A stretch of DNA of 63,314 nt, from positions 1-63,314 of the IMG/VR virus record IMGVR_UViG_3300029536_000008; one strand, given 5' to 3'. Shown here piece by piece: positions 1 to 8,639 of this stretch; positions within the stretch are counted from its first letter, which is position 1, and the number at the start of each line of letters is the position of its first letter. This DNA is from a virus. The position numbers were made by a program, and so were the translations under genes. The notes under the pieces were generated by a model that was given only the letters and a program-made list of their open reading frames with translations, had not been told where the DNA came from and ran no database searches.

Positions 1-107
1 GGAAAAACTTCCCTACTCAATCCCCTGTTTGTAGCCGAGATGATGGGATTTCCACCAGATTGGACGGTATTGCCTTTTCAAAGTGGCGGCAGGAATCGAT
101 AAAGGCA
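1..107. repeat. Terminal overlap identical to 63208-63314; contig closes into a ~63,207-bp circle or is terminally redundant
   Basis: Direct reading: ggaaaaacttccctactcaatcccc...ggcaggaatcgataaaggca is present at both ends in the same orientation. Confidence 0.95.
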
Positions 108-194
108 TACGGCAATGCGATTTTACCACAGGTTATATATGAAATTTTTAGAGCAATAAATATTGTAGAAAATGGAAGAATGGAAAACTATTGA
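3..194 (+). CDS. 3' end of the C5-methyltransferase frame-A ORF that starts at 61788 and crosses the circular junction
   Basis: Same phase as 61788 (genome length 63207 is divisible by 3). Reads ...FSKWRQESIKAYGNAILPQVIYEIFRAI..., a motif X-like GNAI/VP element, with stop TGA at 192-194. Confidence 0.6.
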   Translation, partial: KNFPTQSPVCSRDDGISTRLDGIAFSKWRQESIKAYGNAILPQVIYEIFRAINIVENGRMENY

Positions 195-702
195 AGGTTA
201 TGATGGAAGATATGAAGTCAGTAGTCATGGACGTATTAGAAGCGTCAGTATGTTTTTAGGGAATCATATATATCATGGAAAGGTTTTATCTCCCACAATA
301 GCGACAAATGGATATTTAAAAGTTAATTTAATATTAAGAGGGAAAAAGAAGACTTGTTTGGTGCATAGGCTTGTCGCGAAAGCGTTTATAGAAAATAGAA
401 AAAATCTACCACAAGTAAACCATAAAGATGAAATAAAAACCAATAATAATGTTGACAATCTCGAATGGTGTAGCGAATCGTATAATTGTAACTACGGTAA
501 AAGGAATTTTTTATTGATAGAGAAAACAAGGAAGCCTGTATTGCAATTATCGGTTGATGGGAATTTGATAAACAGATTTGAAGTTTTAAATGACGCATCC
601 CGAATCACTGGGATAAATGCCGCACATATTTGTGATGTATGTAAAGGGAAAAGGAAATTAGCTGGTGGATATGTATGGAAATACGCCACAAGTAATGTAT
701 GA
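172..702 (+). CDS. HNH homing endonuclease (NUMOD4 / HNH_3 / IENR1-type modules)
   Basis: 176 aa. Contains WKTIEGYDGRYEVSSHGRIRS (NUMOD4-like), LVHRLVAKAF...VNHKDEIKTNNNVDNLEW (HNH core) and GINAAHICDVCKGKRKLAGGYVWKY (IENR1-like DNA-binding tail). Confidence 0.85.
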   Translation: MEEWKTIEGYDGRYEVSSHGRIRSVSMFLGNHIYHGKVLSPTIATNGYLKVNLILRGKKKTCLVHRLVAKAFIENRKNLPQVNHKDEIKTNNNVDNLEWCSESYNCNYGKRNFLLIEKTRKPVLQLSVDGNLINRFEVLNDASRITGINAAHICDVCKGKRKLAGGYVWKYATSNV

Positions 703-743
703 GATATTCCTGGCAATAGAATCTATAGAAAAAGGCAAATAGT

Positions 744-1067
744 ATGAACATCCATCAGACAGTCCCCCGCTCCGATTGCACCTCTTTCGCGAAATGTGGC
801 AAGCATTCCCTTGCCTATTGCCGGAAGTACGGTGCATCCGAATGCGGTCTGTGCGAGATAGTGAAGCGGAAACTGAGGAACCGGGTGATGGTGGACGGTG
901 TAGAACGCAAGGTATGTAGCCGCTGCAAAAGACCGCTTCTACTATTCTGCTTCTATGACAGGACAATCTATCGCAACGGAAAGGTGTATCACATCAAGAC
1001 ATCATGGTGCAAAATGTGTGTTTCGGAAGACAATCGGGAACGGAATAAAAGGAAGGAAAACAAATGA
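744..1067 (+). CDS. Cys-rich zinc-ribbon-like small protein
   Basis: 107 aa with paired CxxC motifs (CSRCKR...CKMC) and a basic C-terminus. Locally GC-rich. No family assignable by eye. Confidence 0.5.
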   Translation: MNIHQTVPRSDCTSFAKCGKHSLAYCRKYGASECGLCEIVKRKLRNRVMVDGVERKVCSRCKRPLLLFCFYDRTIYRNGKVYHIKTSWCKMCVSEDNRERNKRKENK

Positions 1068-1939
1068 ATATAAAAGACGGCTGGTTCGTAAGCTCGATGG
1101 AAATGACACGGCAGTACATTAAAGAAAAAACTGGGAAAAAGGTTGCGCAAATACCCATTCTCTTGGATTCTCCGAATAAGAGATATTATATAACTGATAG
1201 TGGCGATGTATTTTTTTGTAAAGAAATTGCTAATAAATGTTTTATAATTCCCAAACATCATGACAAAAGAAAGTTGTCAGAAAAGTTTGTAAGATTATCT
1301 ATCGGGGCAAAAAAAGAGATACATGTAACAGTAGCACAATGTGTGTATAATGCCTTTAAAGCTCACAAATGGTTAGATTTAAGGCCTAAATATAAAAACG
1401 GTAATAATGATGACTATACGTTATCTAATTTGTATATACCTAATGAAAAAAATGTCATTATAGATATAAGCGTAATGAACAGCTGTACTTCGCTATATAA
1501 GAGTTCTTTTAAACGTATATGTATCTATTTATCATTTAGTTATGGATTATCAATGCAGGATTCAGAAGATATAGTTCAGGATGCATTCGTCTTTGTGACT
1601 TGTAATAGAAGCAAGAGTGATATATTGGCTACTTGGGTATGGTATTGCAAAAAGAGAGCTGTGGATTATATTAACCATATAAAAAAGTTTTTTGAACTCA
1701 ATTTTGATATTTATTGTCAAAATAATGAATTTGAATTTCCAATATTCGGTTTGCTAAAAGTAAAAAAAGATAGAGACATAATGGCTATGCGATATAATGG
1801 TTATAGTAATGAGGAGATAGCAAAATCATTGAATATTAGCAAAGGAAATGTCGAAGCCAGGATTTCACGGTCTATCGCTTTGATAAGAAATATTTTAAAA
1901 AGAGATATAGCGTATTATGAAAAAAGAAGAAGTATTTAG
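1064..1939 (+). CDS. Sigma-70-like protein (region 2 + region 4 HTH) with a degenerate HNH/NUMOD4-like N-terminal extension
   Basis: DSEDIVQDAFVFV (region 2-like). DRDIMAMRYNGYSNEEIAKSLNISKGNVEARISRSIALIRNIL (region 4 HTH). N-terminus has RYYITDSGDVF...KYKNGNNDDYTLSNLYI, which resembles HNH_3 but lacks the catalytic His residues. Confidence 0.6.
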   Translation: MNIKDGWFVSSMEMTRQYIKEKTGKKVAQIPILLDSPNKRYYITDSGDVFFCKEIANKCFIIPKHHDKRKLSEKFVRLSIGAKKEIHVTVAQCVYNAFKAHKWLDLRPKYKNGNNDDYTLSNLYIPNEKNVIIDISVMNSCTSLYKSSFKRICIYLSFSYGLSMQDSEDIVQDAFVFVTCNRSKSDILATWVWYCKKRAVDYINHIKKFFELNFDIYCQNNEFEFPIFGLLKVKKDRDIMAMRYNGYSNEEIAKSLNISKGNVEARISRSIALIRNILKRDIAYYEKRRSI

Positions 1940-2513
1940 TCTTTTCAAGATAGAGGATTTGAACGAGTTACCCAATGCAGTAATGCGCATTATCGAAGGA
2001 GATATTAGAGAGCGTAATATAATCTATCACGAGTTAATGCGAATGAATGGTTATGATATGTCGTATGATTGGTTTCAAGAATTGTATGAAAACGAATTAT
2101 CGGAGCGAAAACAAAAGAAACAGGATTTTACGCCGAATACTCTTGGAGTTTTGTGTTCCAAACTCACAGGGCAATTAGGTTCAATTCACGAACCGACCGC
2201 CGGCAATGGCTCTATGATTATTGCAGATTGGTGGCAGCGTTGTCGCAAATTTCTTCCATATGAGCATTTTCCATCTCAACACATAGTGACATGTTGGGAG
2301 TTATCATCACGTTCTATTCCAATACTACTATTAAACCTTTCCATTCGTGGAATAATGGGATATGTGTATCATGGAGATGTGCTTGAAAATATTGTAAAGC
2401 AGAAATATATACTACTGAATGCCCACGATGACACATTGGGATTTTCGGATATAATAAAAGCTAATATAAATGATAAAATAGTATGCAATAATGAAATTGA
2501 AAGAAGTATATGA
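1917..2513 (+). CDS. N6-adenine DNA methyltransferase-like protein, N-terminal part only (HsdM-like, no NPPF/Y motif)
   Basis: QDFTPNTLGVL...IHEPTAGNGSMII (AdoMet motif X/I) and TCWELSSRSIPILLLNLSIRG...GDVLE (HsdM-like). The ORF stops after 198 aa, before any NPP[FY] catalytic motif, and overlaps the next gene by 23 nt. Confidence 0.55.
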   Translation: MKKEEVFSLFKIEDLNELPNAVMRIIEGDIRERNIIYHELMRMNGYDMSYDWFQELYENELSERKQKKQDFTPNTLGVLCSKLTGQLGSIHEPTAGNGSMIIADWWQRCRKFLPYEHFPSQHIVTCWELSSRSIPILLLNLSIRGIMGYVYHGDVLENIVKQKYILLNAHDDTLGFSDIIKANINDKIVCNNEIERSI

Positions 2514-3429
2514 GGCTTGGTTACCTATAAAAGAGAGACAAGTGAAAGCGTCTACATTGTCTGTTTATAAGATGATATATACAAATATCTTAAATCCGAT
2601 AATGGGCAATGAAGATGTTGAAAATCTCAATAAAAAAACTATTGTTCCATTTATTTACAAATTGATGGAGAAGGACGGGCAATCGTCAAAATACTGCAAT
2701 GATATTTTAATTGTATTAAAAATGCTCATACATTTCGCTTCCGAAGAATTTGAAATAAATGTACCAGATACTCGCTGGAAAATGACGTGGCCTACTAAAG
2801 CTAAAACAGGCGTATCTAAAATAGAAAGGTATACAAATGCTGAATACAAGAGAATAGTAGATTATGCCATAGAGAACCCGTCACCTCGCAATCTTGGAAT
2901 ACTGCTTACTATCTGCACAGGAATGAGAATAGGCGAAGTATGTGCTTTGCAATGGAAAGATGTTGATTTAGACTGCAAAATGATTCATGTAAATAAAACA
3001 ATGGAGCGTATTTATGACCCTGATACTAAAAAGACGTGGATTGAAATAGGCACTCCTAAAACCACATCATCTGATAGGTACATTCCTATTATGAAAGGTA
3101 TTCTTTCGATAGTGAAAAGGTTTAAATCGGTAAGTAATGATGATTATTATGTCTGCACCTGTTCGGATGCTCCTATTGAGCCTCGTACATTTCGGAATTA
3201 TTACAAAGCTTATATACTTGAAAAAGTCAAATTAGACCACTGTATTAAGTTTCATGGACTAAGACACACATTTGCTACAACTCTCATTGAAAATAAGGTG
3301 GATATAAAAACGACATCATCTATTTTGGGGCATTCAGATGTTAGTACAACTCTTAATATATATGTTCACCCTTCAGACGAAGCTAAGAGAGATGCTATGA
3401 ATGTGGGGCTGAAAAGAATCTTTAAATGA
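2491..3429 (+). CDS. Tyrosine recombinase (XerC/D-like, second integrase-family gene)
   Basis: 312 aa. Contains MRIGEVCALQWKDVDL and HGLRHTFATTLIENKVDIKTTSSILGHSDVSTTLNIYVH (R-H-R-Y catalytic signature). Confidence 0.9.
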   Translation: MKLKEVYEAWLPIKERQVKASTLSVYKMIYTNILNPIMGNEDVENLNKKTIVPFIYKLMEKDGQSSKYCNDILIVLKMLIHFASEEFEINVPDTRWKMTWPTKAKTGVSKIERYTNAEYKRIVDYAIENPSPRNLGILLTICTGMRIGEVCALQWKDVDLDCKMIHVNKTMERIYDPDTKKTWIEIGTPKTTSSDRYIPIMKGILSIVKRFKSVSNDDYYVCTCSDAPIEPRTFRNYYKAYILEKVKLDHCIKFHGLRHTFATTLIENKVDIKTTSSILGHSDVSTTLNIYVHPSDEAKRDAMNVGLKRIFK

Positions 3430-3476
3430 CTAACACAATAGAGATAATTCAAAACTGATTGGAAAGGGAATAAGAT

Positions 3477-3641
3477 ATGAAACAGACAATAAAAGAAGCA
3501 GCAAGGGAAGCAATTCATAAGCATTATAATTGTAATGGGACCTATCCATGTTCAGAACGTGAATATTGCGAACATTGTAACGGTCATAATACAGCATTCG
3601 ATTGTTGCGAATGTGGTGCAGATGAATTTATATTATCATAA
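3477..3641 (+). CDS. Small Cys-rich protein (54 aa, below the ORF-track cutoff)
   Basis: Manual translation: MKQTIKEAAREAIHKHYNCNGTYPCSEREYCEHCNGHNTAFDCCECGADEFILS. ATG at 3477, TAA at 3639-3641. Fills an otherwise empty gap. Confidence 0.45.
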   Translation: MKQTIKEAAREAIHKHYNCNGTYPCSEREYCEHCNGHNTAFDCCECGADEFILS

Positions 3642-3677
3642 GGCTACCGTAAACGAACTGATTGAGCACTTTAAAGT

Positions 3678-3869
3678 ATGAAGAAAATAATTATCCTTTT
3701 GGCAACAGTTGCACTATTCGGGTGCAATAACCCTAGAGAATACCCTATAGAACACCGTACAAGTGAGGGAAGCGTGACTTATCTCAATGATAGTATAGTG
3801 ATTATCCGTACCCATAAAAAGGGACTTGACAACTACGAAACGAAGATTATTAATTTGAAAAGACAATAG
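3678..3869 (+). CDS. Small lipoprotein
   Basis: MKKIIILLATVALFGC signal peptide with lipobox Cys. Confidence 0.6.
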   Translation: MKKIIILLATVALFGCNNPREYPIEHRTSEGSVTYLNDSIVIIRTHKKGLDNYETKIINLKRQ

Positions 3870-3871
3870 CC

Positions 3872-4252
3872 ATGACCGAAGAACTCGTAACATTAGAAAC
3901 AGCGAAGCTGCTGAAGGAGAAGGGGTTTGATTGGAAGTGTGAACACCTAATAGACCGTAATAAGGTTATTACAAAATATAACCTTCCGCAAAGTATGTCG
4001 TGTTGTATGGAAATAGATGACGAACCAGTTGAATTTTTGTGTCCAGTGTTGTATGTTGCCCAAAAGTGGCTTCGTGAAACCAAGAACTTGCATATTGAAG
4101 TATCTTATATGCATGAGGATTATTGGATATATGACATACTGACAATTCCGAACCATGATTTAGTGGGATTATCCGGCAGGCCTTTAGTGCATTATAAAAG
4201 CTATGAGGAAGCACTGGAAGCCGGAATACAAGAAGCATTAAAACTTATATAA
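3872..4252 (+). CDS. Hypothetical protein
   Basis: 126-aa ORF tightly packed in a co-directional operon. Confidence 0.6.
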   Translation: MTEELVTLETAKLLKEKGFDWKCEHLIDRNKVITKYNLPQSMSCCMEIDDEPVEFLCPVLYVAQKWLRETKNLHIEVSYMHEDYWIYDILTIPNHDLVGLSGRPLVHYKSYEEALEAGIQEALKLI

Positions 4253-4257
4253 CTATT

Positions 4258-4845
4258 ATGAAAAAAGGAATTTACACAAAAGAAAATGTAGGTAATGGTG
4301 TATTCATCTTTACTGCCAACAAGAGTTTTGTAGAACCTAAATTTTGGGGACTTCATGAAGAAAACGAACAGGCACAATGTGTAGTTATTATCCATGATGG
4401 CAATGCTTTATTCTTCTATCCGGAAGATATGGATAATGATACCCATATTCTTCTTGATTGGGAGAAAGAGCAAACAGGAAAGATATATCCAACCACAGAA
4501 GAAGGCATGAAGGATACCGATGGAATAGGCAATACCAAAGCATTGGCTGCATCCGGAAGCGAAATTGCTGAGAAAGTCATAGCATTGGACTTATGTGGAT
4601 TAAGTTGGCGCATTCCTACACTACAAGAGAGTGTCTTAGGGTATGAACATAAGGTTATGCTGAATGCAGCCTTAGCTATCTGCGGAAAACAACCAGTGAA
4701 AGATGACTGGTATTGGTGTTCTACGAGAAAAGGAAACAAACGCAATTTTATTCTCAGTTGGGGCGACGGTTTTAGATACGACAACATTCAGGACAGTGAC
4801 GATTGGGTTCGCCCCGTGTCCGCTGCCTCTCTTAATTCACTTTAA
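4258..4845 (+). CDS. DUF1566 (Lcl C-terminal domain)-like protein
   Basis: LCGLSWRIPTLQESV...DDWYWCSTRKG...SWGDGFRYDN...WVRPV matches the DUF1566 pattern from memory. Confidence 0.6.
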   Translation: MKKGIYTKENVGNGVFIFTANKSFVEPKFWGLHEENEQAQCVVIIHDGNALFFYPEDMDNDTHILLDWEKEQTGKIYPTTEEGMKDTDGIGNTKALAASGSEIAEKVIALDLCGLSWRIPTLQESVLGYEHKVMLNAALAICGKQPVKDDWYWCSTRKGNKRNFILSWGDGFRYDNIQDSDDWVRPVSAASLNSL

Positions 4846-4853
4846 CCTTATAA

Positions 4854-5126
4854 ATGATTACAACTATGGCAAAAGTATTTATAACAAAGTATGCCTTAAC
4901 AGAAGGTATTAAAGAGATAGAAACAGATATTATTAGAAGTAGATTTGAAGATAGAGAATATGTAAGGGATGGTTTATGTTCTTACTTCCGTATAGGGGAA
5001 AACGCATTCACCGATAAATCCGAAGCGTTGAAAAAGGCGGAAGAAATGAAGATTAGGAAAATCGCTTCTCTTCGTAAGCAGATGGAGAAACTTGAGAAAT
5101 TATCTTTTAAAGTAGAGGAGATTTGA
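4854..5126 (+). CDS. Hypothetical protein
   Basis: 90-aa ORF with a coiled-coil-like C-terminus. Confidence 0.55.
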   Translation: MITTMAKVFITKYALTEGIKEIETDIIRSRFEDREYVRDGLCSYFRIGENAFTDKSEALKKAEEMKIRKIASLRKQMEKLEKLSFKVEEI

Positions 5127-5128
5127 TT

Positions 5129-5323
5129 ATGGAACAAGAAAGAAAAATCGGAGAGGTATTTGAATATAATGGAGAAAAAATTATCGTGAAAAAAGATAGC
5201 GATTTTATATACGGATGCGATAAATGCGTCTTTAATGGTAGACCGGAATGCTGTAATTATTATTGCTTGTATTTTGAAAGACAAGATAAACAAGATGTGC
5301 ACTTTGAAAAAGTGGAGGATTGA
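5129..5323 (+). CDS. Small Cys-rich hypothetical protein
   Basis: ATG 3 nt after the upstream stop. The ORF track starts it at TTG 5123. Contains CDKCVFNGRPECCNYYC. Confidence 0.5.
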   Translation: MEQERKIGEVFEYNGEKIIVKKDSDFIYGCDKCVFNGRPECCNYYCLYFERQDKQDVHFEKVED

Positions 5324-5325
5324 TT

Positions 5326-5589
5326 ATGAAAGCAAACCTAATATTTTTTCTTGCGATATTCATCATATCAGCATTATTCATCGGTCATTTCCGACTGACA
5401 TTCTCACCGTTCAGTGTATCCTTTCTCTATTGGCATAGGACTGTAGGAGTTACTCTTATCGTTGCAGGATGCTTGGTTTACAACATAGGTGAGCATATAT
5501 CAGGCTACAAGAAAGGACTGGATGAAGGTATGGAGATTGTTTTGAAAGAGTTAAAAGAAAGATACAATGAAGAAGATAATGTTCAATGA
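5326..5589 (+). CDS. Small membrane protein
   Basis: Two hydrophobic segments (LIFFLAIFIISALFIG; VGVTLIVAGCLVY). The ORF track starts it at TTG 5320. Confidence 0.55.
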   Translation: MKANLIFFLAIFIISALFIGHFRLTFSPFSVSFLYWHRTVGVTLIVAGCLVYNIGEHISGYKKGLDEGMEIVLKELKERYNEEDNVQ

Positions 5590-6208
5590 TAAATATAGCC
5601 TAACCCAGGCTGTATTGGATGGTCGGAAGACTATGACGAGAAGGGTCTGCAAGTATGACAGACCAAATGAAACTTATGATATTGTATTCCCCGTTTTTGA
5701 ACCAAATGATTACGATAATGACGGGAACATAGTATCTCCATTAAATTATGCTTTTGGTTGGAAAAACGACAAAGGAGACTTTACGGGTTGGAATATTCCA
5801 AAATATAAAGTCGGTGAGGTTGTTGCCATTGCGCAAAACTATAGCGATTGTGGTAATATGCCTGATTACGAATTGGACGAAGATGGCTATCCTATAATGC
5901 CAAAGAGAAGCGGATTTTTTAATAAAATGTTTGTCCGCGCTGACCTCATGCCCCATCATATCCGTATTACCGACATCAAGGTTGAACGTTTACAGGACAT
6001 TAGCGATGAAGATTGCCTGAAAGAAGGAATTTTTAAATGGGATGCTGGACAAAAGGATATTCCTTTTTATTCATTCCATAATGCAGATATACCCGACTAC
6101 AATGATCCTCGTGACGCATTCGCAGAACTGATAGATAAAGTCTCCGGCAAAGGAACATGGGAAAGTAATCCCTATGTCTTCGTTTATGAATTTGAACTGA
6201 TTGATTAA
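5567..6208 (+). CDS. ASCH/PUA-like domain protein
   Basis: N-terminal MFNDKYSLTQAVLDGRKTMTRRV is typical of ASCH-domain proteins. Confidence 0.55.
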   Translation: MKKIMFNDKYSLTQAVLDGRKTMTRRVCKYDRPNETYDIVFPVFEPNDYDNDGNIVSPLNYAFGWKNDKGDFTGWNIPKYKVGEVVAIAQNYSDCGNMPDYELDEDGYPIMPKRSGFFNKMFVRADLMPHHIRITDIKVERLQDISDEDCLKEGIFKWDAGQKDIPFYSFHNADIPDYNDPRDAFAELIDKVSGKGTWESNPYVFVYEFELID

Positions 6209-6229
6209 AAACGAGAAAAGATATTGATT

Positions 6230-6658
6230 ATGAAGCGTGAAATAAAATTCAGAGGGAAAAGTGTTGATAATAATGAATGGGTGTATGGCGATTTAATTCA
6301 TATTGGAAATGGATGTATTATATATCAAGGCTCACAAAGTGATTATCAAATTACCAACAAGACGGGTGTAGCTATCGAATTATTCGATGATGAGGTTTCA
6401 GTTGTACGTCCAGAGACGTTAGGTCAGTTCACGGGCTTATGCGATAAGGATGAAAAGGAAATCTATGAAGACGACATACTTATGTGTGAGCAACATATAG
6501 CTCTTGTATTGTGGAACAAAGAACTTGCTACATACGCATTACAATTCGATTTTGAAAAAAAAGTCGGCATGAGACCTTTAGGAGAATGGCATGCTATGAC
6601 AGTCATTAGTAATATTCACGATAACCCGAATTTGTTGAAAGAAAACAACCATGAGTAA
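6230..6658 (+). CDS. YopX-family protein
   Basis: KREIKFRGKSVDNNEWVYGDL...LGQFTGLCDKDEKEIYEDDIL...ISNIHDNPNLL. Confidence 0.7.
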   Translation: MKREIKFRGKSVDNNEWVYGDLIHIGNGCIIYQGSQSDYQITNKTGVAIELFDDEVSVVRPETLGQFTGLCDKDEKEIYEDDILMCEQHIALVLWNKELATYALQFDFEKKVGMRPLGEWHAMTVISNIHDNPNLLKENNHE

Positions 6659-7127
6659 ATACATGAATTGGGAACTCTATGATAAACCGCCTGAAGGCTT
6701 CTCTATTGACAAGCATACTGGTTCTCCTTTGACCGGATACGACTTTTACACAAACGGGAAAAGCGCCTTAAACGGAGGAGTAAGAATTCTTGTAAAAGCT
6801 ATGAATGTTCATGTTAACAACATAACAGACAACCATCACCCCGTGAAAAAATCTATCCCCAATAGCAAAGAACCTAAACAAGACCCGATGATTAACCGTA
6901 ATGTGCGTCAACGGGTAAATGTCTTTGCACGCGAGAGGTTTAAAGTAAAGCTGCTACAAGAAATAGAATTTGATTTAATGGTGTGTCAACTCGAAGGCTG
7001 GAGCATGGAAAGCTACGTCAATGAGCTTAAGCAATTGATTGATGATGTTTATCGGAGAATGGTTAAGACAAAGAAAAGGAATATCGAGACTACCAGTAAC
7101 CCAAAACTTGAATTTAAAGATGAATGA
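6651..7127 (+). CDS. Hypothetical protein
   Basis: 158-aa ORF overlapping both neighbours by a few nt. Confidence 0.55.
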   Translation: MSKYMNWELYDKPPEGFSIDKHTGSPLTGYDFYTNGKSALNGGVRILVKAMNVHVNNITDNHHPVKKSIPNSKEPKQDPMINRNVRQRVNVFARERFKVKLLQEIEFDLMVCQLEGWSMESYVNELKQLIDDVYRRMVKTKKRNIETTSNPKLEFKDE

Positions 7128-7503
7128 ATTATATATACCTCCACAGCGATTAAACCGCAACCCTATTAACGGGCGGTTTTTGAAAGGAAGTATCCCCCAT
7201 AACAAGGGGAAGAAATGGGATGATTACATCCCTTCGCATAAAAGGGAAAGTATGATTAAAGGATTAGCTTTAGGGAGAACGGGAAACCCTAATATAGCGG
7301 GCTGCAATGCAAAGAAAGTAGTAGCTATAAAGAGCGGACGGTTACAAGGTGTTTTCCAGTCCTCTAACGATGCGGAACGAAAGACTGGCATTTGCGCCCG
7401 TAATATCAGGAATTGCTGTTCCGGAAAGCGTAAACACGCTGGCGGCTATCAATGGTTTTGGGAAAGCGATAATAGTTGGTGTGAATTAATTATAAATGAA
7501 TAA
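7120..7503 (+). CDS. Stand-alone NUMOD3/IENR1-like DNA-binding protein (homing-endonuclease DNA-binding module without a nuclease domain)
   Basis: The internal ATG overlaps the upstream stop (ATGAATGA). Contains NGRFLKGSIPHNKGKKW and GICARNIRNCCSGKRKHAGGYQWFW, the same C-terminal motif as ORF 172-702. Confidence 0.55.
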   Translation: MNELYIPPQRLNRNPINGRFLKGSIPHNKGKKWDDYIPSHKRESMIKGLALGRTGNPNIAGCNAKKVVAIKSGRLQGVFQSSNDAERKTGICARNIRNCCSGKRKHAGGYQWFWESDNSWCELIINE

Positions 7504-7771
7504 TATAACCATGAGTAAATTAGAGCACATCGCCACAATTGATTACTGCTACTGGCGATTGGAAAAGTTGAATGAGACTCTTTCCAAGCCTAAATCGACT
7601 ATGGAGCAGTTGGTTGATAAAGCCTGCGGTTATAATGAAGTAGAAGAAGTGAAAAAGGAAGCTATAACCCTTTTGGAACAGATTGTTGAAAGTAAAAAGG
7701 CTATCGGTGTGAATTATTCGGGAGATAGCAAGTTCCTTGATAAATTAAAGAACAAAGAAACGCATGAGTAA
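7496..7771 (+). CDS. Hypothetical protein
   Basis: 91-aa ORF. Confidence 0.5.
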   Translation: MNNITMSKLEHIATIDYCYWRLEKLNETLSKPKSTMEQLVDKACGYNEVEEVKKEAITLLEQIVESKKAIGVNYSGDSKFLDKLKNKETHE

Positions 7772-7864
7772 ACTATACAAAGCAACCCTCTTCGGCAAAT
7801 CATTCATTATAGGATGGTTCAGCCATGCGGACAGGTGGTATCATAAATTTAGTATAATAAAATA

Positions 7865-8089
7865 ATGGATATAACAGAATTAAAAATCGGTGACCGGGTG
7901 AGAATAAAACTCCCGTCACCACAAGGAGAAAGACTTTCCATACCCATGCAGGTAATAGGGATGCTTTCTAGTTTCAACAATCCAAGCCCTAAAGATACGG
8001 TATATCTTGACTTTGAAGGAAATGAGGGAGATATATGGGAAGAAGAAGTACAAAATTTAGTGTTTTCAGACAATGAAGAGAAGTCATGA
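7865..8089 (+). CDS. Hypothetical protein
   Basis: 74-aa ORF. Confidence 0.5.
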   Translation: MDITELKIGDRVRIKLPSPQGERLSIPMQVIGMLSSFNNPSPKDTVYLDFEGNEGDIWEEEVQNLVFSDNEEKS

Positions 8090-8484
8090 GAAGAGCAGAC
8101 AGAATAATCAGAGACAGACATTCCCGCATCCCGGACAAATACAAGAAGATTGACACTACGGTCAACGGGGATGTAGAAAGCCTTGCCGAACAACACAAGG
8201 AAGTGGAAAGAAGGCTATTTCCTCTACGCCTTAACAAGACCACTGTTATTTACGTCACAAAAGACAAACAGAATGAAGCATATGCAGCGAAAGCACGTAA
8301 ACGGATGGGGATAACAGAGCCTAAGAAACCTTTCGTTGACCCACTTTCGGAAGAAAACATTACCAAGTTGTACAAGGAAGAAAATATACAGCCCCGCAGA
8401 ATGGCAGAGATGTTGAATGTAAGTGTAAGGACGATATATCTAAGGTTGGCTAAGTATGGACTTACAAAAGTTAAATGCAGATAG
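8086..8484 (+). CDS. HTH DNA-binding protein
   Basis: C-terminal MAEMLNVSVRTIYLRLAKYGL helix-turn-helix. Last gene of the + strand arm. Confidence 0.55.
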   Translation: MRRADRIIRDRHSRIPDKYKKIDTTVNGDVESLAEQHKEVERRLFPLRLNKTTVIYVTKDKQNEAYAAKARKRMGITEPKKPFVDPLSEENITKLYKEENIQPRRMAEMLNVSVRTIYLRLAKYGLTKVKCR

Positions 8485-8639
8485 TAAACTTACAGGCATA
8501 CAGATATAACCCTCACCAAAACGGCAAGCGGTATAACCCAATGGAGAATCCGTTCAAAGCGTTCTAAACGTTCCATTGGATAACCCGGAAAAGGCGGCAA
8601 TAGTCCATGTAAAGGACATTGTCCGCCAATTCAAGCAGT

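Noticed and set aside
4258-4845. DUF1566-like protein as a third DGR target
   Set aside because: No sequence resembling the TR/VR (gtctccttcctctttcgctttc...) is present in or near this gene.
5121-6232. Recurrent TTGATTATG stop-start junctions (5123, 5320, 6224)
   Set aside because: This probably reflects ordinary stop/start overlap in a compact operon. The upstream C-termini are similar (KVEEI / KVED), but the stretch is too short to argue for duplication.
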